Virus record (IMG/VR): IMGVR_UViG_3300033233_001970
DNA: 64,000 bases
Reading direction: 5' to 3' (one strand)
Origin: a virus
Taxonomy: Duplodnaviria; Caudoviricetes
A program made the position numbers and the translations under genes. This document shows positions 57,174-64,000 of the stretch, piece by piece (positions within the stretch are counted from its first letter, which is position 1; each line of letters begins with the position of its first letter). The notes under the pieces are model-generated. The model did no database searches. It was not told the DNA's origin and saw only the letters and a list, made by a program, of their open reading frames with translations.

Positions 57174-58037
57174 TCATTCTTCAGCGTCGACCATTTTAGC
57201 GTAGGCGTCACCGATTCGTCCCGCATGAGCGCTTGCTGAAGCCGCAGCTATTTGAATACTGCACGCCTCTCCCACTTTCGCGCCGCACAATCGACACGGC
57301 ACTTCGGTTACCAAGATACTTTTTTCGCCGCGTGTGAGCTTGAGAACGGTCGTCATTGCTTCATCTTCCGCGATGTTCGAAAAAAGCATTCGGCCACCGG
57401 CTGCCGATCCCTACTTCGACGGACTCGATTTTCCGCTCGGGCTCCCACCATCCACCTTGCTGGATGCCGATGCATGGGAAGATCGTGCAGTACCCGCCGA
57501 TTGCTTTGGCGGTGTACATGTGCCCTCGACCGCAGCGACCGGCAAAAGCAGCGGATGTTCGGTAGATGTTCATTTTGAAAGCGCCGCCTCTCCGGGTAGC
57601 TAATTCCGGGTGGACCGATACCGCCGCGTGGGATTGATTTGTTGCGAACATTGCAGTTCGGTGCGCGGTACCAGCGACGCCTTCCGGGCGGCAGCATCTC
57701 CCGCACCTCCAACCCAGACTTCGAGCGAACGGATCAGGGAGCCGAGGCGGCCCTTAGCCCCATGCCGGAGACATTACGACGGTTTGATACAAGCGGCCAT
57801 CTTCTCGACGCATCGCGAGCAGACGTACGCGTTGTTCTGGATCGGGGAAGGCGGATTCGTAACACCAATGACGCCCTGTGGACAGTCTTCGCCGCAGAGC
57901 GAACAATAGCGAAAGCCGTCGGGATCGGGCCAAAGTGAAACTCGATCGAGGTGGGCGCCCAAGATGCGCGACTCATCGTCGTGACCTAGCACGTTTTCGT
58001 CGCCGTTGCACTACAACTCTGGTATACAAATCGAGCC

Positions 58038-59471
58038 ATGAAAATCCACAACGTCCGCCTCGGCCTCGCCACGAACTCGAGCTCGACCCACTCGATCATC
58101 TTCACGAAGAACCGCGTGAAGGACAAAGACGTCGAGGGGCGCGAATTCGGCTGGGATCTTTGGACTGCTGCCTCGAAAGAAGCGAAGCGGCAGTACGTCG
58201 CGATCCATCTCCTTCACGCCATTCGTGGCCAGGTCTCCAAGGACGTCGCCGATGCGGTGCTCGAGCAGTGGATCCCAGGCGTCGAGCGTCCGGTGAAGGA
58301 AGACGACGAATTCGCATGGGACGAACAGGTTCGCGGCTACGTCGATCATCAGTCGGAATACGTGCTCCCGCGTGCGTGGGACGGCGCGGGTGTCGACAAG
58401 GCGTTCTTCGAGGACTTCCGCGACTTCTTCCTTCGTGACGACGTCGTCATCCTCGGCGGCAACGACAACGACGACGAGACTCACGAGCTCGGTAAGGGTT
58501 TCGTGCTCCCCATCACACGGGACGGCGGCGCAGGCGATATGGTCGCGCGCAAAGACGAACAGGGCGGCTATTGGACGCTCTTCGATCGCAACGACGGTAC
58601 TAAGATTCGGTTCTCGTTCGACACGCCAACTTCGAGAAAAGAAGTCACAAAGGCGTCCGCGCCAGAGCTTGTCGACATCAAGATCACCGACTTCTGTCCC
58701 TACAACTGCGCGTTTTGCTACCAGGGCTCGACCGGCGGCGGCAAACACGCCGATGTCGGCATGTTCTACCGCATTGCAGAAACGCTCGGACAGCTCCGCG
58801 TCTTCGAAGTTGCCATCGGCGGCGGCGAACCGACGCTTCACCCGAAGTTTCTCCAGATTCTCGACGCATTCAAGAGCCGTGGCATCGTCGCGAATTTCAC
58901 GACGAAGAATCTCGCGTGGCTCCGCGATGCGATGGCGTGGCCGAAGATCATGGAAAAGATCGGCGCATTCGCGTTTTCGGTCGATGACGAAAAAGACGTC
59001 GAGCAGCTCGCCGCGCTTCTCGAGGTGAACGGCATCGACACAAGCCAAGCGTCCGTGCAGTACGTCATGGGCTCCACCGACGTCTACAAGATGGAGCGGA
59101 TTATCGAGAAAGCGGCCGACGCCCGTCTTCGCATCACGCTCCTCGGCTACAAGACGACAGGACGTGGTTCGAGCTTCAAGCCGCAGCCGTACAAGGACTG
59201 GGTCAAGCGCGTCAAGAAGCTCTACGAACAGAAGCACTATTTCACGCTCGGCATCGACACCGCACTCGCCAAGGAAAGTGGTGGCGAGCTCGCCGACGAA
59301 CGCATCCCGACCAAGCTCTACGCGACGGACGAAGGCAAGTTCTCGATGTACATCGATGCGGTCGACGGAAAAATCGCGGCGTCGTCCTACGTCGAGGACA
59401 TCGCGATGAAACGCGCGGATCTCCAGAATCTCACCAAAGAGAAGCTCGTCGCGGCGTTCGCGGAGTGGTGA
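58038..59471 (+). CDS. radical SAM protein fused to an N-terminal TNSSS-motif domain
   Basis: MKIHNVRLGLATNSSSTHS; CPYNCAFC (CxxxCxxC); GGGEPTLHP; NFTT. Confidence 0.88.
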   Translation: MKIHNVRLGLATNSSSTHSIIFTKNRVKDKDVEGREFGWDLWTAASKEAKRQYVAIHLLHAIRGQVSKDVADAVLEQWIPGVERPVKEDDEFAWDEQVRGYVDHQSEYVLPRAWDGAGVDKAFFEDFRDFFLRDDVVILGGNDNDDETHELGKGFVLPITRDGGAGDMVARKDEQGGYWTLFDRNDGTKIRFSFDTPTSRKEVTKASAPELVDIKITDFCPYNCAFCYQGSTGGGKHADVGMFYRIAETLGQLRVFEVAIGGGEPTLHPKFLQILDAFKSRGIVANFTTKNLAWLRDAMAWPKIMEKIGAFAFSVDDEKDVEQLAALLEVNGIDTSQASVQYVMGSTDVYKMERIIEKAADARLRITLLGYKTTGRGSSFKPQPYKDWVKRVKKLYEQKHYFTLGIDTALAKESGGELADERIPTKLYATDEGKFSMYIDAVDGKIAASSYVEDIAMKRADLQNLTKEKLVAAFAEW

Positions 59472-59514
59472 CCGCGTCTTGACTTTCCGCGCCCGTCATG
59501 TCCGTAATGCAAGA

Positions 59515-60087
59515 ATGGCGAAACCGCCGTGGCCGTACGATCCGAGATTACGCGAGCTACTTGTCGCCTTTCTCAAGGTGGCAAAAAAAGTACGTAAATC
59601 CTATGCCATTGGCGGCGCCTTAGCGATGAGCGCCCACGGGTACGTACGTCAGACGTCGGATTTGGACGCGTTTCTTTTGGATGAGGATCGGCTCGATTGG
59701 TTACGCGCGCTCCGTAAGGCAGGTCTCACGATTGACAGCGTTTTTCGAGGTATTCACTACATCGCTTTTTTCCCGAAACACGCGGATCCGCGCATCCGTA
59801 TTGATTTGCTTTTCCCGGCTACGGAGCCCGAGTTAAGCGCAGTCGAATTCCCGGTGAGTGCAAAAATAGCTGGATTCAACGCAGAAGTATTCCCGTTGGA
59901 ATTACTTGTTGTGGCCAAGTTTTTGTCCGACAGGCCGGAAGATCAACGAGACTTCGACGTCATGTTCAATCTGGGTATTTTCGAACCGACCGCAGCTCGA
60001 AGAATTATCAAATCCATCGAGCCAAAGAAAGTCGTCGCTACTTTCGATCAAAGAATCAAAGACCTGAGCAGACCTCGCTTGCCGTGA
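59515..60087 (+). CDS. nucleotidyltransferase (AbiEii/DUF6036-like), lower-GC insert
   Basis: YAIGGALAMSAHG-VRQTSDLD...IDLL...AKFLSDRPEDQRD. Confidence 0.75.
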   Translation: MAKPPWPYDPRLRELLVAFLKVAKKVRKSYAIGGALAMSAHGYVRQTSDLDAFLLDEDRLDWLRALRKAGLTIDSVFRGIHYIAFFPKHADPRIRIDLLFPATEPELSAVEFPVSAKIAGFNAEVFPLELLVVAKFLSDRPEDQRDFDVMFNLGIFEPTAARRIIKSIEPKKVVATFDQRIKDLSRPRLP

Positions 60088-60094
60088 GGGTGCG

Positions 60095-60430
60095 ATGATG
60101 ACTGGCAAAGAAGCGGTTCGGATCATCAACGACTCCCTGAGCCGGTCAGGACGAACGAAATTTCGAAGAGCTACACGATCTCGTGGGTACAAATGCTGTC
60201 GCGACCATCGACGCACTTCAGGCGCTCACGACAGCGATCGAATACGCCATGCTTCTGCGCATGTAATGGACTGCATGTGCCAGACGTGCGGACGCGAATT
60301 TCATCTCTTGGTTCGTGCGTCGGAGTACGCCTCCGAAGCCGAATCGAACGAAGCGCCTCGGCTCTGCCCGCGCTGTTGGAAAGCGCAGCCCAAACCACCT
60401 AACCGCCCTCCGTTCCACGAAAATGACTGA
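60095..60430 (+). CDS. hypothetical protein with C-terminal Zn ribbon
   Basis: CQTCGREF...PRLCPRC. Confidence 0.4.
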   Translation: MMTGKEAVRIINDSLSRSGRTKFRRATRSRGYKCCRDHRRTSGAHDSDRIRHASAHVMDCMCQTCGREFHLLVRASEYASEAESNEAPRLCPRCWKAQPKPPNRPPFHEND

Positions 60431-60896
60431 ACGCGATCCTGACCCGTACGTGATGTACATCGTCGTGCGTAGGAGCTTGAAGCTCTCCGCTGGCAAAGTC
60501 GGCGCGCAGTGTGGTCACGCCGTCCAGTACCTCATGCAAGAATTTTTGCCCGAGAGATGGCCCACCAGAGACGAGGCGAAGCTCCTGTCACGAAAGGTTG
60601 CCGGAACGCTTACCGACGAAGAACGCACCCGCTTCGAGGCGTTGGAAAAAGAGAAAGACGACCGATACGAACGTTGCGTTACGGCCGGCGAATGGCTTAA
60701 GGGCGATCACGCGAAAATCATCCTCGGCGCGAGCGACGACGAGTTCATGAAAGTGCAGCTCGAGAACGAGCACTTCTTCATGGTCGTCGACCTCGGGTAC
60801 ACCCAGGTTGCGCCTGACACTGAGACGTCGCTCGGCTTATGGCCGATGAGAAAAAGCGCAGCGTCGGAAACCGTCAAGACATTGAGACCGTTGTAA
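60423..60896 (+). CDS. pth2: peptidyl-tRNA hydrolase, PTH2 family
   Basis: MYIVVRRSLKLSAGKVGAQCGHA...W...KIIL...VVDLGYTQVAPDTETSLGLWP. Confidence 0.88.
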   Translation: MTERDPDPYVMYIVVRRSLKLSAGKVGAQCGHAVQYLMQEFLPERWPTRDEAKLLSRKVAGTLTDEERTRFEALEKEKDDRYERCVTAGEWLKGDHAKIILGASDDEFMKVQLENEHFFMVVDLGYTQVAPDTETSLGLWPMRKSAASETVKTLRPL

Positions 60897-60925
60897 AGGC
60901 AGCTCGACGCCGTAAAGCTCGAGAC
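60890..60925 (+). repeat. solitary CRISPR-repeat-like unit GTTGTAAAGGCAGCTCGACGCCGTAAAGCTCGAGAC
   Basis: 36 bp; 27/36 identical to the array consensus and 31/36 to the diverged repeat at 30274-30309; both stems retained. Confidence 0.85.
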
Positions 60926-60950
60926 ACTCGATCCTCGACCGGGAGACATC

Positions 60951-61157
60951 ATGAACGAACACATTCTGCAATTCTTCGTATGGGAACACCTTCCCGAACA
61001 TCTCGCTGAGGTGAGCAAGCCGTTCGGCGAGCTCGCGAACCAGATCGTCGCGACGCTGCCGCGCAATCAGGAGCGCACCGTGGCGCTTCGCAAGCTGCTT
61101 GAGGCGAAGGACGCGGCGGTTCGCGCAAAGCTCGCGAAGGAAGACGTCACGAAGTAA
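60951..61157 (+). CDS. small helical phage protein (possible Acb2/Tad1-like hairpin)
   Basis: ILQFF...HLP-HL--VSKPF...LPRNQERTVALRKLLEAKDAAVRA; RBS GGGAG; the family link is tentative. Confidence 0.6.
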   Translation: MNEHILQFFVWEHLPEHLAEVSKPFGELANQIVATLPRNQERTVALRKLLEAKDAAVRAKLAKEDVTK

Positions 61158-61210
61158 CGGTTTTCGTTCCGCAACGTCAACGGCTTTCGTTGATGGTAGT
61201 ATCGGTGACG

Positions 61211-62311
61211 ATGCGTCGCCGTTCGAACCCTTACACGTCGCCGTGGACAGTGATCGAATACCGAATCACCCGTCGCCTGATCGACGGGATCGTGTATCTG
61301 GTTCTTCTCGAGCTCGTACAAGAGCCTGGCGAAAAACCGACGACTGCGGTGTACACGTGGCACGCTTCTAGAGCCGACCTCATAAAAACAGCAAAATTTA
61401 CCATACAAAACGCAGCGAGGCGCGAGAGAAACAGTCCGATTCCGGTTCGCTTGTTCGATGAGCGCGGCCAATGCCTCTACGCCGCGCGTAACAAGATGAT
61501 GCCGCCGAGCCACGACCCGAAATGGGGCTTGATCGGACAACGTCCTACGCCGTCGTGGGAAGAAATTCCGTGCGACGCGCGGCCAAACCCGCATGCCAGC
61601 AGGAAGCAGAACCCGATCTACTTCGACGATCTGCCGCTCGCGGAACGTCAGCGACACGCACAACTGTGGCGTGCGTCAATCGCGAAGCTTCGCGATCTGC
61701 CGTATCCGTTTCAGGCGACGTTCGACGGCGAGCGTATCACCGTGCTCGGTCGCGTACGGGATTTCGAACCCTACACAAGTCATCCATGCCAACAAGCTGA
61801 AGCTACCGACGAATCGATGATGGTTCGTGGATCGGATGGCAAGAAGTTCATCGTCTTCGGCCACAGCTTGTTCGTCGGCGACCAACGCCTCGTGTACCAG
61901 TCCGGCTACCGCCGCCGTCCTGTAGTTGATCCTTTGGGACTAGGATGGAAAGAAAACCCCGTCGGCGTCTTCATCTACGATCTCGACGCGCTCGACAAGC
62001 TCGCGGCGATGGAAGGCCAGGATTGGCTCAAAGACGATCGTCGTATGTGGGAACGGTACCGTAGCGGCAATACAGCGCACGCGTTCGTAACGGCGTGGAA
62101 GTTCACACGCCATCTCTCGCCGGAAGATTCGATCTATTGGAAAGACTATTTCGCGGGCGAGACAGGTGTGGAGCTCGGCGTCATCTACGGTAACGGCGGC
62201 TACGCGAGGTACGCCGTATCCAGCGAAGGTGAGATTCGGCTCGATCCAGGATCGACACGACCAGAGAAGGTAGCTCGAGCTCTCGGGCTAGGGTTTCGGG
62301 TGCCGCGATGA
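61211..62311 (+). CDS. modular protein with NP-delimited domains
   Basis: RRRSNPYT..., RPNP/KQNP, KENP junctions; first domain is a copy of the repeated domain. Confidence 0.7.
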   Translation: MRRRSNPYTSPWTVIEYRITRRLIDGIVYLVLLELVQEPGEKPTTAVYTWHASRADLIKTAKFTIQNAARRERNSPIPVRLFDERGQCLYAARNKMMPPSHDPKWGLIGQRPTPSWEEIPCDARPNPHASRKQNPIYFDDLPLAERQRHAQLWRASIAKLRDLPYPFQATFDGERITVLGRVRDFEPYTSHPCQQAEATDESMMVRGSDGKKFIVFGHSLFVGDQRLVYQSGYRRRPVVDPLGLGWKENPVGVFIYDLDALDKLAAMEGQDWLKDDRRMWERYRSGNTAHAFVTAWKFTRHLSPEDSIYWKDYFAGETGVELGVIYGNGGYARYAVSSEGEIRLDPGSTRPEKVARALGLGFRVPR

Positions 62312-63519
62312 AACGCAGTCAAGAATGTGCACGTATCCTCGCGAAGAACGCGGGCGCCGTCGAGTGCCGTCGCAACCGCATGAGCGGCACCATCATTACG
62401 CTCTACGACGGAATCGCGGCCGGCATCGAGTCGGATCCGGAGCTACGCTGGTGTACCGTCTGCGAAGATCACTCGACACTCACCTGCCACTCGTCGCTTT
62501 CGCTCGCGCGCCGTCACATGGCAGTGCCGGAATGGTGCGAGGAGTGTCAGGCGATCATGGAGTCGAGGAAATCGAATCCGTACACACCCTCATCAACCGA
62601 TGAACAATACTTTGATTACAAAGTCATCCACTACCCTGTGTATTCGAGCGCCGGTCTGCGCAAACAAGGCTGGCGAGTAGAGGCGGCTCAGTTTACACCC
62701 GGTCAGCAGCCACATTTCTACTGGCCTGACGATCAAGGATTCGAGTTCGAGAAGCATTTAGATGCGATCGATCATGCCAAGTGGCGTGCCCAAGGTGCCG
62801 CTATTGCCGGTGATCATGCGCGCGTACTCGACGAAGCTGGGCGTTGTGTGGTTGCGTACAAACATCAACCACCTGACAACGCTATCGAAGTGTCTTGCGG
62901 CGCCGTTCGATCGAACCCCTGCACGCCAGGCTGGCCCGTCTACGAATTTCGTGTTCGTCAACGCGGTTCCGATCGCTGGTGCATTCAACTCATGACGCAG
63001 CTTCCTGGGCAAGCTCCACGGTTCGAAGAGTTCGGGTGTGGTTCCCTCGGTTTCATGTCGACGAGGGACTGGGCCATTGCCGGCGCAGAACAAGAAGCGT
63101 GGGAGCATTCGCGAAGAGAAGCTTCCAACCCGAACGCGGTGCTCGTTCGCGATGAGCGTGGACGGTGCGTACACGCGTTCGTGGGTGGTGAGCGCGTGGA
63201 GTGTCCTTCGTACCGAGCCAATCCGTACACGCCAAGCTGGCCGCGTTACGAGCTCAAGGTCGAAGCAGCCGAGAGCTACATCGACCGTCACCAGAGTCGC
63301 CGCATCGTATACAAATGGAAAATCACGATGCTCACGTGGACGCCCGAGGGAAAACCGAAATTTCAAGAAATAGGTTTTTCTGGCGATCTCGGTAAAGCCG
63401 AGAGAATCGCCTTTGACTACGCGAACAAACTTCACAGCAAAGAACCGCGCAACCCGAACGACATTCGCGTTTTCAACAATGCAGGCAAGTGCATTTTCTC
63501 GATTCAAGGAGCTTGCTGA
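62308..63519 (+). CDS. modular protein: Zn-binding N-domain plus three tandem copies of an unrecognised ~100-aa domain
   Basis: WCTVCEDH...WCEECQ; repeats begin KSNPYTP, RSNPCTP, RANPYTP and end DEAGRCV, DERGRCV, NNAGKCI. Confidence 0.75.
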   Translation: MKRSQECARILAKNAGAVECRRNRMSGTIITLYDGIAAGIESDPELRWCTVCEDHSTLTCHSSLSLARRHMAVPEWCEECQAIMESRKSNPYTPSSTDEQYFDYKVIHYPVYSSAGLRKQGWRVEAAQFTPGQQPHFYWPDDQGFEFEKHLDAIDHAKWRAQGAAIAGDHARVLDEAGRCVVAYKHQPPDNAIEVSCGAVRSNPCTPGWPVYEFRVRQRGSDRWCIQLMTQLPGQAPRFEEFGCGSLGFMSTRDWAIAGAEQEAWEHSRREASNPNAVLVRDERGRCVHAFVGGERVECPSYRANPYTPSWPRYELKVEAAESYIDRHQSRRIVYKWKITMLTWTPEGKPKFQEIGFSGDLGKAERIAFDYANKLHSKEPRNPNDIRVFNNAGKCIFSIQGAC

Positions 63520-63989
63520 TGCCGCACGCGCTCACAGGTCGCAAATTCATCGTGACGTACCGCGTGCGATGCCTCGATGTGCACGGACACGGTCCCGATG
63601 AGTGCGGCTCCGAATACGGATGCCCTTGCGTCGGTATCGATCCGGCAACAGGAGAAGAAATCCACGATCCCGAGCAGTTCAACGACGGCGAATGCGATGC
63701 GGAGTACACGGTCAATAATTCGTACGACTGCGGCAGCATCGAGGTCGAAGCCGACGAAGAGGAGTACACGGGTGCGCGCGGAATGCAGATTTTCGCACAG
63801 CAAAATCCAGAATACGATGACATCGTTCGAGCGCTCGTGGATGGCGGATTTCTCAAACCCAACGTGAAACCCAATGACGTCACCATCGACGGCGAGAGCG
63901 ACGGATTGCTCATGATCGACGACGCGACCGACGGTGAACCGCTTTTTCAGCTCAATTGGGAGAGTTCCGTACTCGATACGGGAGATTGA
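63519..63989 (+). CDS. acidic hypothetical protein
   Basis: TGATG-coupled start; 156 aa. Confidence 0.6.
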   Translation: MPHALTGRKFIVTYRVRCLDVHGHGPDECGSEYGCPCVGIDPATGEEIHDPEQFNDGECDAEYTVNNSYDCGSIEVEADEEEYTGARGMQIFAQQNPEYDDIVRALVDGGFLKPNVKPNDVTIDGESDGLLMIDDATDGEPLFQLNWESSVLDTGD

Positions 63990-64000
63990 GCCGTGGCGTC

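Noticed and set aside
62267-62290. AAGGTAGCTCGAG resembling part of the CRISPR repeat
   Set aside because: Only ~12 nt match, lacks the CC stem partner and the TCGAGAC end, and lies within a CDS.
1-64000. cas1/cas2/cas4, tracrRNA, tRNA/rRNA, reverse transcriptase/DGR, capsid/terminase genes
   Set aside because: No supporting motifs recognised in this window; absence by eye is not proof.

Overview
This window looks like part of a large (jumbo-type) phage or phage-like extrachromosomal element. Short ORFs are densely packed and mostly translationally coupled (ATGA/GTGA overlaps), in four strand-coherent blocks: minus 1-18.1 kb, plus 18.2-43 kb, minus 43-51.4 kb, plus 51.4-64 kb. Cargo is typical of phages: ATP-dependent DNA ligase, tyrosine recombinase, Nudix, DEDD exonuclease, AAA_33 kinase, RadC/JAB, PTH2, radical SAM, DUF932, LPD25, SLOG and J-domain proteins. 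No capsid, terminase, rRNA or tRNA gene was recognised. Cys-rich lipoproteins hint at a myxobacterial host (inference). The central block carries two different RNA-guided systems within ~9 kb. (1) A TIGR-Tas-like locus: a nuclease-less Nop/IS110-like protein (23042-24187) flanked by dual-repeat arrays with a 38-nt unit (11-nt repeat, 9-nt spacer, 9-nt repeat, 9-nt spacer). (2) A compact type V-M (Cas12m-like) CRISPR locus without cas1/cas2 and with an apparently intact D-E-D RuvC triad. It has a 16-repeat array, then a tail of 11 diverged repeats that keep the pseudoknot pairing by compensatory changes, then an HNH gene. A solitary copy of the same repeat lies 30 kb away between two genes (60890-60925). 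The right third encodes modular proteins whose N-termini and domain junctions carry a recurrent [R/K/E]-x(0,1)-N-P motif, including five copies of an unrecognised ~100-aa domain. All family calls come from motif recognition by eye, not database searches. Several apparent single-base frameshifts suggest the sequence contains indel errors.
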